Below are positions 1 to 13,875 of a DNA stretch of 64,000 bases, in pieces. A program made the translations under genes and the position numbers. Position 1 is the first letter of the stretch. The number at the start of each line of letters is the position of its first letter. This stretch comes from the human T2T-CHM13v2.0 reference genome, Homo sapiens. The DNA lies in the NCBI RefSeq assembly GCF_009914755.1, contig NC_060932.1; one strand, written 5' to 3'. The notes beneath the pieces were generated by a model. It saw nothing but the letters and a program-made list of their open reading frames with translations, did not search any database and was not told where the DNA came from.

Positions 1-1575
1 GATCCAATGCCATCCCCATCAAGCTACCAAGGACTTTCTTCACAGAATTGGAAAAAACTACTTGAAAGTTTACATGGAACCACAAAAGGGCCCCCACTGC
101 CAAGATAATCCTAAGCCAAAAGAACAAAGGTGGAGGCATCAAGCTACCCGACTTCAAACTACACTACAAGCCTACAGTAACCAAACAGCATGCTGTTGGT
201 TGCCTTTTTTTGGTTACTGTAGACCAATGGAACAGAATAGAGCCCTCAGAAATAATACGACACATCTACAACCGTCGGATCTTTGACAAACCTGACAAAA
301 ACAAGAAATGGGGAAAGGATTCCCTATTTAATAAATGGTGCTGGGAAAACTGGCTAGCCATATGTCCGAAGGTGAAATTGGATCCCTTCCTTACACCTTA
401 TACAAAAGTTTATTCAAGACGGATGAAAGACTTAAATGTTACATCTTAAGCCATACAAACCCTAGGAGAAAACCTAGGCAATACCATTCAGGACATAGGC
501 ATGGGCAAGGACCTCATGTCTAAAACGCCAAAAGCAAAGGCAACAAAAGCCAATATTGACAAACGGCATCTAATTACACTAAAGAGTTTCTGCACAGCTA
601 AAGAAACTCCCATCAGAGTGAACAGGCATGCTACAGAAAGGGAGAAAATTTTTGAAATCTACTCATCTGACAAAGGGCTAATATCCAGAATCTACTAAGA
701 ACTCAAACAGAGTTACAAGAAAAACCAAACAACCCCATCAACAAGTGCGGGAAGGATATGAAGAGACACTTCTAAAAAGAAGACATTTATGCAGCCAACA
801 GACACATGAAAAAATGCTCATCAACACTGGTCATCAGAGAAATGCAAATCAAATCCGCAAAGAGATATCGTCTCACACCAGTTACAATAGCGATCAATAA
901 AAAAGTCAGGAAACAACAGGTGCTGGAGAGGTAGTGGAGAAATAGGGACACTTTTACACTGCTGGTGGGACTGTAAACCAGTTCAGCGGTTGTGGAAGAT
1001 AGTGTGGCGAATCCTCAAGGATCTAGAATTAGAAATACCATTTGACCCAGCCGTCCCATTACTGGGTATACACCCATAGGACTATAAATCATGCTGCTAA
1101 AAGGACACACGCAGACGTATGTTTATTGCGGCACCGTTCACAGTAGCAAAGACTTGGAACCAGCCCAGATGTCCATCAATGATAGACTGGATTAAGGAAA
1201 CGTGGCACAAATACACCGTGGAATACTATGCAGCCATAAAAAAGCATGTGTTCATGCCCTTCGGAGGGACACGGATGAAGCTGGAAACCATCATTCTTAG
1301 CAAACTATCGCAAGGACAAAAAAACCAAACACCGCGTGATCCCACTCATAGGTGGGAATTGAACTAGGAGAACACTTGGACGCAGAAAGGGGAACATCAC
1401 ACACCGGGGCCTGTCATGGGCGGGGGAAGGGGGAGGGATAACATTAAGAGATATACCTAATGTAAATGACTAGTGAATGGGTGCAGCACACCAACATGGC
1501 ACGTGCTTACATACGTAATAAACCTGGACGTTGTGCACATGTACCCTAGTAATTAAAGTATAATTTAAAAAAAAA
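1..1575 (+). mobile_element. LINE-1 (L1PA-type) 3' part, cut by window edge
   Basis: ORF2 C-terminal fragments ([25 protein letters not shown]), G-rich 3'UTR tract and poly(A). Confidence 0.95.
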
Positions 1576-1714
1576 TGGAAAACGAAAGTGTGATCCTAAT
1601 GTCATGGTGCGGACTGAATGAAGCAGCACATGGCAAGCCTTAAAACGATCGCACATAGTAGGTGTTCAATTAATGTTAACTATATTTCTTTTCTATAATA
1701 GTTTATAAAGGGAA

Positions 1715-2035
1715 TTCATGAACACTATGTGATTAATCCTTGGAACAACCCAACAGGTAGGTAAATAAAGCCTAATTTTATACCTAAAGAAACCATGCGG
1801 CTTAACTTGCCCAAAATAATAATGATTGTAATGAGCACTGGCTGTTGGTTTCTTATGTACTTGGTACTTTGCACGTATTAACCCAGTCAGTCCTCCTAAC
1901 AGTTGTGAGAGAGATAGCATTCTTATCCCCATTTTACAGATGAGGAACCTGAAGCCCAGGTGATAAGTAGTTTATCCAAGGTATCATAGCTAGAAGTCGG
2001 GTGCAGGCAGTCTGGCTCCAGAGCCCCTGCTCTGT
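1715..2035 (-). mobile_element. Two adjacent MIR fragments (each unit)
   Basis: MIR core atccccattttacagatgaggaa.ctga, plus taacttgcccaa and gtctggctccagagccc. Confidence 0.75.
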
Positions 2036-2252
2036 CCGCTGACCTAGCTGACTTCCCAAGAGTCAAAGTGGATTCTTCCCCAAGACCAACCAATTACAAT
2101 GACTGAATCAGTCAGTCAACTTCGAACTGGGCTCCAAGAGAGAACGAACCATCATGCCTCTCTAAATCCTCATTTCTAGTTTGAATCTTCAAGGAGAGAT
2201 AGACACTAAGTAGCTAGTTTTGCTGGAATGGCTGATTTTATCAATGTTTTCG

Positions 2253-2373
2253 GTGTGTGAGTGTGTGTGTGTGTATATGTATAGAACTAAATTAAACTGA
2301 TAATTTGAATGCTTACACTTCCATTAGTTCAATTTGTGTATGTGAGCCCTCACACACATACATACACACACAC
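2253..2373. repeat. Short (TG)n and (CA)n tracts facing each other (each unit)
   Basis: gtgtgtgagtgtgtgtgtgtgt followed ~80 bp later by cacacatacatacacacacaca. Confidence 0.8.
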
Positions 2374-2589
2374 AAACTGTTCCAGAACAGTGACTTAGTG
2401 AAAAACTGGATTTCCACTCTGTCAGACAAATTTCGGAAAGCACTGAAGTAGGGCATTTCTGATTGATTTTACCGTTCCCGGAATTTTATTTTCCTTTATC
2501 ACTTAGACCCCTTCTGTGGGGATTTAATAAATAAACGTCTTTTGTAGTGTATGTTATTTCATTTTATTTTTATAATTTATATGAATTTT

Positions 2590-3425
2590 AATTTTAACTT
2601 GACAAATAAAAATTATATATATTTATGGCATACAACATGATGTTTCATATGTGTGTACATTGTGGAATGACAAAATCAAGCTAATTAACACACTCGTTTC
2701 CTCACATACTGATTTTAATGTGATGAGGACATGTCTAAAATCTACTCTTATAGCAATTTTCAAGTATACAATACATACTTATACACTGTAGATGCCAGGC
2801 TGTTCAATAGATCTCTAGAACCATTCCTCTCTGAAATTTTGTATCATGAGACTATCATCTCTCCAGTCCCTCCCTGACCCCTGCCTCGGGTAACCACCGT
2901 TCTGCTCTCTACAGCTATGAGTTGCATTGTTTGAGATTGCACATATAAGTGAGATCATGCAGTATTTGTCTTTTTGTGCTTGCTTTTTAAATCTTTATTA
3001 TGTAATTATTTATTTTTTGAGACAGGGTCTCAGTCTGTCACCCAGGCTGGAGTACAGTGACACAAACACGGCTCACTCACCACGGCCTCCACCTCCCGGG
3101 GTCGAGAGTTCCTCCCGCTTCAGCCTCCTGAATAGCTAGGACTACAGGCGTCCAACGCCACACTTGGCTAATTTTTGTGTTTCTTTTAGAGATGGGGTTT
3201 CACCATGTTGCCCAGGTTCATCTCCAACTCCTGGGCTCAACGCTTCCACCTGCCTTGGCCTCCCAAAGTACTGGGATTACAGGCATGAGCCACCGTGCCT
3301 GGCCTTTGCTTTCTTTCACTCAGTGTACCATCCTCTAGGCTCATTCGTGTTGCCAATGAGATGATTTCTTTCTTTTTTAAGGCTGAATTGTGTTCTATTG
3401 GGTATATGTACCGCTTTTCTTTTTA
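2590..3425 (-). mobile_element. Old L1M (L1MA/MB-like) 3' end interrupted by the AluJ; repeated in each full unit
   Basis: aaaatctactct, caagtatacaatac and catataagtgagatcatgcagtatttgtcttt before the Alu; ttttttaaggctgaa after it. Confidence 0.75.
3011..3304 (-). mobile_element. AluJ-like SINE inserted in an old L1M 3' end
   Basis: gagacagggtctc...ctcctgggctcaa...gggattacaggcatgagccaccgtgcctggcc; AluJ-type diagnostics. Confidence 0.9.
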
Positions 3426-3432
3426 TGTTTAA

Positions 3433-3643
3433 TTTTTTTTGGTTTTTTGAGACAGAGTTTCGCTCGCGTCGCCCAGGCTGGAGTGCAGTGGCGTGATTTC
3501 GAGTCACTACAACCTCTGCCTCCCAGGTTGAAGTGATTCTCCTGCCTCACCTGAGATTAGAGGCATGTACCGGCATGTCCGGCTAATTTTGTGTTTCTAG
3601 TAGAGATGGGGTTTCACCATGTTGGCCAGGCTGGTCTTGAACT
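3433..3643 (-). mobile_element. 5'-truncated AluS-like SINE with a small internal deletion
   Basis: gagacagagtttcgctc...cccaggctggagtgcagtgg...ttggccaggctggtcttgaactc; lacks the Alu 5' end. Confidence 0.85.
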
Positions 3644-6026
3644 CAAACAATTCTAATTCAACTAATTTATTTTATAGAAATATTTATGTGTGAGAAACAA
3701 TATTTTCAAGAGTCAAAGATTTAAAACTGCTTAATTGTACATCACTAAGTGGCTGGCTAATAAATTATAGTACGTTCATCCTTACGGAAGAATACTTTGC
3801 AGCTAAAACAGAACGAAAGAGAGGAAACTCTTCAAAATGTTAACTGGGAATGACGTTCAAGACTTATTGTTAAATAAAACAAATTGAGAAGAAGAGTCGT
3901 TTATTGGTACTAAATTTGTGTCAGTAAAAATGGATTCTATACGTGGGATGGTTTATAAGTATGTGGAAAAATTCTTTGATGGTTTTTCCTTGAAAAAGTG
4001 AAACCTAAATCCACTCCGTTTGGATGTGGGACTATTTACGGTTGTTGCTTCCTAAACATAAACTACGTTTAGGCTGATATTTCAGACAATGAAACCTTTG
4101 AGTGCCCGTAGCGGGATGATCTCGGTTGGTGAGTGCAGGGAAGGAGGATGTAATTCCATCATATATACTCTCTGTGCCTACCGCATTTGGAACCATGCGA
4201 GTGATACGTATTTATAAAATAAAATAAACCAAGCACAAGTACGAACTTAGCAACACTATATTGAGTTAATAGAACGGTATCTTGTATTTCTTCTGTCCAG
4301 GTATACTTATAAATGCCTGCAGGGATTTCACCACCTCAGGGTGGAGAGACTGAATGCTTGTGAGGGAATTAGGATGGTGGAATATTGGTGTTACCAGGGA
4401 AGGGGGCGGGATGTTTGAAAATGCTATGTTTACTCGTTCTTGGGTTCCAATAAAGGAGAAACAGGGCACAGGAGTCGGAAGGACTAGTGGCAATAGTGAT
4501 GAAAGGACCTCCTTATCATGCTGGCAATGTTAATTACCCAGGTGTAGGAAGCCATACACTGAGGCGGAAGATCACAAGTCAGAGTGGCCGGCAGACACAA
4601 CCTCCTGGCACACCAGAGGCAGGTCTTCAATACCCACTGGTTTCCCCAACAGGCTGCGTAAGGGACCCTGAGCCACAGTGAGTTGGTCAAATGCTCCTGA
4701 CAGTGTGGAGAAACCAACAGGCAAAACGTGGGTGCAAAAGTGATGAGACCCCACACTTTACACTCGTGGTGACAATGAAGCTATTAAGTAACAGCTTCTC
4801 AACCTATGCTGTTTCCTGTTGGATGCACATAATCCATTTGCACTGCAGACAATTTTAGGATGTGGTTTATAGTAAGGTGGATGGTACCTTATGGCAAAAA
4901 TCTCTCAGAAATTTATGTGTGGTTTTAAAGTCATTCCAGTCCTAGCACGTTGTGCTTTTCAGAGACGCCATAGCTGTTTTTCCCTTTGTAATATCAAAGC
5001 AGTAATATCTTCTCTGGAGGCCTGTTGGGTGAATTTAATGGAATCAAGTTAAGTAGGTGCCAGAACCATTGCTGTTTTCCCTCCATAGCCCTGCCACCCA
5101 CTGTAAAAAGGTTGATGAGATTACTTAATGATTTCCAATTAAGTTGTATTTCCAAATATCATGATTTCCATTTTAATGTAGTTGGTATGGAGCTCTGTGA
5201 GTGTGTGCTTCTTTTATTATGGATCACGTTCAGCTTCTTTTTATTTGCCTCCTAGTCATAATAGTAAAACTCTACTCCTCTACTCCGAGGAGTCCCTACC
5301 ACCCATCTCATCACTTTCCAGCCCAGCACTCTTCATGCTCATTCATTTAAAGCATTCAACATTGTGTAAATGAATCTTGGAAGGCAAAAGCTACTGAATT
5401 TAGCGAATTTGTGGAGGCATTGCCACAAATCAGCCAGGTGAAGTTTCACACAATCGAAGACTGCACAACTCCTAGAAGGCAGCACTATGCTGCAAACCCA
5501 GACGGCCACTCTTCTCACCCCTCGTCCGTTTGCTGTTCTGGATAATGAGGTTCAAAAGTCACCTAGGCAACTGCCAAAATAGCTGAAATGGAGAAAGGGC
5601 TTCAGGCTGGTGACTAGCAGAGGTCCACCTGACCCCCGTAAGCTGCTGAACAAGTAGGGCTGCCAGAAATGTCCCACTAGGGAATTTGGTAGAGACGAAG
5701 ACATGCTCACCGGACAAGGGTTCCTCCCAGGATACGCCCGAGCGGAAGAAGCGGGCTCTGAGCCACGCCCTTTCACCCTCCTCTACCCCGCCCTGGGCTG
5801 GTGAAGGTGCGCGCCAGGATGTGGACTACTGAGCCCTGAAGAAATAAGTCCTTCCACTTTGACCCCATGGAGGATTGCCTGTGAGGAACTTAAACGAGTC
5901 TACCAGTGTCTAGACACGGGGGCAGGTCTGTCCGGCACAGCAGCTCCCTCAAGGAGGAGAAGAGTGAGGAGAAAGGAAACTCAAGTCTCACCATTCTGTC
6001 CTGGGAGAGAAGAGGAGGATCTCATC

Positions 6027-6091
6027 TCTCATCTGTCCAAACAAGGCAAGGAGACTTTCTCTCATCTTTCCAAGCAAGGCAAGGAGACTTT
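6027..6091 (+). repeat. 33-bp tandem duplication at the truncated end of Hsmar2
   Basis: tctcatctgtccaaacaaggcaaggagactttc followed by tctcatctttccaagcaaggcaaggagacttt. Confidence 0.9.
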
Positions 6092-6972
6092 TTATCATTA
6101 GGAAACAAAAAGAATTTAGAAGGAATGAAAGCAGCCCGTAAGGTGAATTCCTAAGGACTGCCCATTGAAACTGACAAAATTGCCCTTGTTTGATGAGAGG
6201 AATGAGCAGAGCATTGATGTGGTGAACAAGGATCTAGTGAGACTTTCCCAGCATGTTTCTACCAAAGCTTTATCTAAGCTTCTCAGAACACTCTCCTAAT
6301 AAACAGATGTTTGGCCTTTCAGAAAGTCAACAAGCAAAATGCCTTGAGTGTCCCAAAACACTGATGCCATGATGTGGGCTCCTGACTGGCCTCCTTTTCC
6401 TTTGACTGGACCACTGCCACCTCTTGGTAGCCATCGCTTTCATGATGCTTTGCCTTGGAGATCATATTGGTGAAGCCATGTTCCAACTGCCGCTTACAAT
6501 TTGTCAGAGGGATGCGTCAGGATCGTTATCCCTCCTGTTTAAAATTTCCACTGATAGCTCTCGTCGTAACTGCGGCTGATCTGGGCACAGTGGTTTTCAC
6601 AGCCACTGCAGGATTCATCTTCCACATCTTCTCACCTCTTCTTGAAACAAGCTATACATTCGTAAAGAGTTCATTTCTTTGGGGTAGTGTCCTTACAAGC
6701 TTTTCTTAAAACGTCAATGATTTCTTCAATCTTCCACCCAAGCTTCACCATAAATTTGATGTTTCCTCTTGCTGCAATTTTCGTGGAATTCATGTTGCTC
6801 TGATGAGAGTCCTTTTCAGTGGATGTCTCATCCTTCTTAGTGCCTCAAACTAGATCTAGTTCAGAAAGGTTATCAGAAGTTAGGACAAGTTTATTTTAGT
6901 GCAAACCAGTGGAAATCCATGCATAGTTTCTTCACCATGTGCATTTTCTATGAACCTTTGGAAGACCACCTG
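6084..6972 (-). mobile_element. Decayed, internally deleted Hsmar2 mariner with one terminal inverted repeat
   Basis: Minus strand reads MNSTKIAARGNIKFMVKLGWK...RWLPRGGSGPVK...MASVFWDTQGILLVDFL...AHSSHQTRAIL...FFLFPN, matching my recollection of Hsmar2 transposase; TIR-like ggtcttccaaaggttcatagaaaatg at ~6942-6972. Confidence 0.88.
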
Positions 6973-7361
6973 TGTTGAACATTGCCCAAGTCCTGGGAGA
7001 GAAGTGGGTGCGGTCCGCTTCCTGTCCTCAATTTGCCCGCAGCGGCGGAGTGCACAGAGCAGGGAAAGGCAGCCCCAGAGGGATCCCGCCCTCCAGCATG
7101 CAGCAGACTGCTGGCCCAGTCCTGGCTCCAAGGGGTGCTGTGTGGGCCCAAGCAAGTTGACCAACCTCCCTGAACCTTAATTTAATCCTAGGTAGCCCAA
7201 TTCCAGTAGCCATTATAGGACTGCCCTGCAGGGACAGTTACTTAACTCAGGAAAAGCAACCTAGCTCCAAGTTTAGCAACCGGGAGTTCCAGTTGATTCC
7301 ATTAGCGCACCCCCTGAGGCATTCCCAAGCTGGAGTCTGGTGGAAGATGAGGCTCAGTGTG

Positions 7362-7454
7362 ATTGGACTGAAGCACCAACCTATCAAGGAGAAGTCGCAC
7401 CCAGTCTGCCCTGTGCCTATATAAAGGCGACAAGTGGCGGCCGCAGCACTCATT
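7362..7454 (+). promoter_or_regulatory. Pol II core promoter of copy 1: inverted CCAAT, TATA box, Inr-like element
   Basis: ATTGG 7362-7366, TATATAAAGG 7418-7427, CTCATT 7449-7454 about 30 bp after the TATA, first ATG at 7511. Confidence 0.7.
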
Positions 7455-7455
7455 G

Positions 7456-7869
7456 AAGCCGCCAGTTGGGAGAGGAGCAGAGCCAGGCCGGTGCTCCCGA
7501 AGGCAGCAAGATGTTGCGAGCCACAGCTCCCTGCTGGTTCCCCCCTGGATACCCAGAAGCTAAGAAGGTGGCCGAGGAGGCGGCCCTGGAGGCAAGCCGC
7601 CATTTGGGAGGGGAGCAGAGCCAGGCCGGTGCTCCCGAAGGCAGCAAGATGTTGCGAGCCACAGCTCCCTGCTGGTTCCGCCCTGGATACCCAGAAGCTA
7701 AGAAGCTGGCCAAGGAGGCGGCCCCGGAGGCAAGCCGCCATTTGGGAGCGGAGCAGAGCCCGGCCGGTGCTCCCGAAGGCAGCAAGATGTTGCGAGCCAC
7801 AGCTCCCTGCTGGTTCCCACCTGGATACCCAGAAGCTAAGAAGGTGGCCGAGGAGGCGGCCCTCGAGGC
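7456..7869 (+). repeat. 3 x 138-bp tandem repeat spanning the start codon (46-aa repeat); present in all five gene copies
   Basis: aagccgcc at 7456/7594/7732; ATG at 7511/7649/7787; peptide [17 protein letters not shown] occurs three times. Confidence 0.97.
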
Positions 7870-9538
7870 TCCAGAATTCCCACTGCCCTCTCATCAGCCT
7901 GCCCAGAGCTTCGGGCTCTGGGTGCCCCAGATGCACAAGCAGGCCTCAGCATTTGTGGACATCCAGGCGGAGCCCCAGAACAGGGGTCCGGCGGTGCCCC
8001 CAGCGTGGCCCAAGATGGTGACGGAGTCGTGCTACTTCCCTGCGCAGAGGGGATCGGCCTGCCGCTTGCCAGCCGCCCCAAGGCTGACAGAGAGGCCCTC
8101 GGGAGTCCGCATCTCAGCCCCCAGGAAGAGGAAGACGATCGCCCACTCTTCCAGCCCTTGCTTGGTCACAGGTTACACAGATGCCAAGAGAACCCGGGTG
8201 GCCAGCAGCAGCCAACGCTCCCGTGGCTCCAAGGTCGGCAGACAGCCAGGGAAGACGCGCAACAGGTCAGGGATGGCATGCAAGACCACCGCCACCACCA
8301 GCTCTAAGCGAATCGTCCGTCGTCCATCCTTACCGAGTTTGAGTTTGAAGAAACCCATTATCCTCCGAAGCTCTGGGTGCCAAGTCCCCACCGTCCTCCG
8401 CCGAGGCTATCTCCAACTGTTCACCGAAGAGTGTCTCAAGTTCTGCGCCTCCAAGCAGGAGGCCGAGGAGAAGGCGCTGAACGAGGAGAAGGTGGCCTAC
8501 GACTGCAGCCCCAACAAGAACAGGTACCTGAACGTGGTCCTGAACACCCTCAAGAGACTGAAGGGCCTGACCCCCAGCTCCATGCCCGGCCTCAGCAGGG
8601 CCGCCCTGTACAGCCGCCTCCAGGAGTTCCTGCTCACCCAGGACCAGCTCAAGGAGAACGGCTACCCCTTCCCGCACCCCGAGCGGCCCGGAGGCGCCGT
8701 CCTCTTCACTGGCCAGGGGAAGGGGCCCGGCGACTCCTCCTGCAGGGTCTGCTGCCGTTGTGGCACCGAGTACCTGGTGTCCTCCTCGGGCCGCTGTGTA
8801 CGCGACCAGTTGTGTTATTATCACTGGGGGCGGGTCCGCTCGAGCCAGGTGGCTGGAGGCCGGGTTAGCCAGTACACCTGCTGTGCAGCTGCTCCTGGCT
8901 CTGTGGGCTGCCAGGTGGCAAAGCAGCACGTGCGGGACGGCCGCAAGGAGAGCCTCGATGGCTTCGTGGAGACCTTCAAGAAAGAGTTGTCCAGAGACGC
9001 TTATCCAGGAATCTACGCCTTGGACTGTGAGATGTGCTACACCACGCATGGCCTAGAGCTGACCCGCGTCACCGTGGTGGACGCCGACATGCGAGTGGTG
9101 TACGACACCTTCGTCAAGCCCGACAACGAGATCGTGGACTACAACACCAGGTTTTCCGGAGTCACCGAGGCCGACGTCGCCAAGACGAGCATCACGTTGC
9201 CCCAAGTCCAAGCCATCCTGCTGAGCTTTTTCAGCGCCCAAACCATCCTCATCGGGCACAGCCTGGAGAGCGACCTGCTGGCCCTGAAGCTCATCCACAG
9301 CACCGTGGTGGACACGGCCGTGCTCTTCCCGCACTACCTGGGTTTCCCCTACAAGCGCTCCCTCAGGAATCTCGCGGCCGACTACCTGGCACAGATCATC
9401 CAGGACAGCCAGGACGGCCACAACTCCAGCGAGGACGCAAACGCCTGCCTGCAGCTGGTGATGTGGAAGGTCCGACAGCGCGCCCAGATCCAGCCACGCC
9501 ACCGGTCCGCCTCTCCCGCCGCCCTGGCCTGTCCTTAG
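7511..9538 (+). CDS. REXO1L1: REXO1-like exonuclease GOR, intronless copy 1 (675 aa from first ATG)
   Basis: Open frame from ATG 7511 (the ORF track starts at an upstream TTG). DEDDh motifs [21 protein letters not shown]; Cys/His-rich region; REXO1-like segment [10 protein letters not shown]...ALNEEK. The paralog number cannot be assigned from sequence alone. Confidence 0.9.
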   Translation: MLRATAPCWFPPGYPEAKKVAEEAALEASRHLGGEQSQAGAPEGSKMLRATAPCWFRPGYPEAKKLAKEAAPEASRHLGAEQSPAGAPEGSKMLRATAPCWFPPGYPEAKKVAEEAALEAPEFPLPSHQPAQSFGLWVPQMHKQASAFVDIQAEPQNRGPAVPPAWPKMVTESCYFPAQRGSACRLPAAPRLTERPSGVRISAPRKRKTIAHSSSPCLVTGYTDAKRTRVASSSQRSRGSKVGRQPGKTRNRSGMACKTTATTSSKRIVRRPSLPSLSLKKPIILRSSGCQVPTVLRRGYLQLFTEECLKFCASKQEAEEKALNEEKVAYDCSPNKNRYLNVVLNTLKRLKGLTPSSMPGLSRAALYSRLQEFLLTQDQLKENGYPFPHPERPGGAVLFTGQGKGPGDSSCRVCCRCGTEYLVSSSGRCVRDQLCYYHWGRVRSSQVAGGRVSQYTCCAAAPGSVGCQVAKQHVRDGRKESLDGFVETFKKELSRDAYPGIYALDCEMCYTTHGLELTRVTVVDADMRVVYDTFVKPDNEIVDYNTRFSGVTEADVAKTSITLPQVQAILLSFFSAQTILIGHSLESDLLALKLIHSTVVDTAVLFPHYLGFPYKRSLRNLAADYLAQIIQDSQDGHNSSEDANACLQLVMWKVRQRAQIQPRHRSASPAALACP

Positions 9539-9664
9539 CCCCAGGCCTCTTCCAAAACCGCCATCAGTCCCGAGAGCTCACCCTGCCCACCTCGCCGCAA
9601 AGCGAAAGAAACTGGAGCAGCCGGCGGCAGGAGAGGGCAAAAAGCCAAGAGTAACCCCAACCCC

Positions 9665-9861
9665 CCACTCCCGGTCCCCCGGAATCCCTGCCGCGGCCCC
9701 TCGGGCCTGTCCACATCCCTCTGCCCCTCCCAGACCTCTGTCCTTCCACCAATCGCCTCCCGCAGCCCCGAGCCGCCACTCCCAGTCCCCCGAGTCCCTG
9801 CCGCGCGCCCTCGCGCCTGTCCACATCCCTCTGCCCATCCGAGACCTCTGTCCTTACACCA
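9665..9861 (+). repeat. ~110-bp-period C-rich duplication in the putative 3'UTR (every unit)
   Basis: ccactccc...cctgtccacatccctctgccc...agacctctgtcctt.cacca starts at 9665 and again at 9776. Confidence 0.85.
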
Positions 9862-9989
9862 CTAGCCACCCCACGTGGGACTTCCATGGCTTCTGAGTAC
9901 AAGGCCAGCCCCCCGGCCCACCAGCTTTCGGAATGCCTGCTTACCTCTTTTTCTGTAGAGGCACCACAGGGAGGTGGGTGAAGCACTTC

Positions 9990-10102
9990 GGCTCTGGAGT
10001 TACAGATCTGGGTTCAAGGCCAAATTCCACCACTTACTAGGTTTGTAATATTGGACAGATAACGTCTTTGCGCTTCTACCTTTTGGTCTTTAAAGTGTGA
10101 TC
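9990..10102 (+). mobile_element. MIR 5' half, split by the L1PA
   Basis: ggctctggag...ctgggttcaa...ccacttactag, resembling the MIR consensus. Confidence 0.7.
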
Positions 10103-13765
<3,663 letters not shown>

Positions 13766-13774
13766 TGGAAAACG

Positions 13775-13875
13775 AAAGTGTGATCCTAATGTCATGGTGC
13801 GGACTGAATGAAGCAGCACATGGCAAGCCTTAAAACGATCGCACATAGTAGGTGTTCAATTAATGTTAACTATAT
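13775..13875 (+). mobile_element. MIR 3' half, split by the L1PA (also at 1585-1685 and in other units)
   Basis: gcacatagtaggtgttcaattaatgttaactat resembles the MIR 3' end. Confidence 0.65.

Noticed and set aside
3700-4000. Possible very old L1ME-like fragment
   Set aside because: Similarity too degenerate to call by eye.
7466-7510. 690-aa version of the ORF starting at TTG 7466
   Set aside because: Non-ATG start only ~14 nt from the predicted TSS; the first ATG at 7511 gives 675 aa.
7456-7869. CRISPR-like or prokaryotic repeat array
   Set aside because: Plain tandem repeat without spacers in primate DNA containing Alu and L1.
9960-9980. Possible CTCF site (ccacagggaggtgg), as found in other macrosatellites
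   Set aside because: Only a gapped, weak match to the consensus; cannot be supported without a PWM scan or ChIP data.
7247-9986. Many overlapping 100-240 aa ORFs in other frames and strands around the gene
   Set aside because: Expected in GC-rich coding DNA and from the in-frame 138-bp repeat; no recognisable domains.
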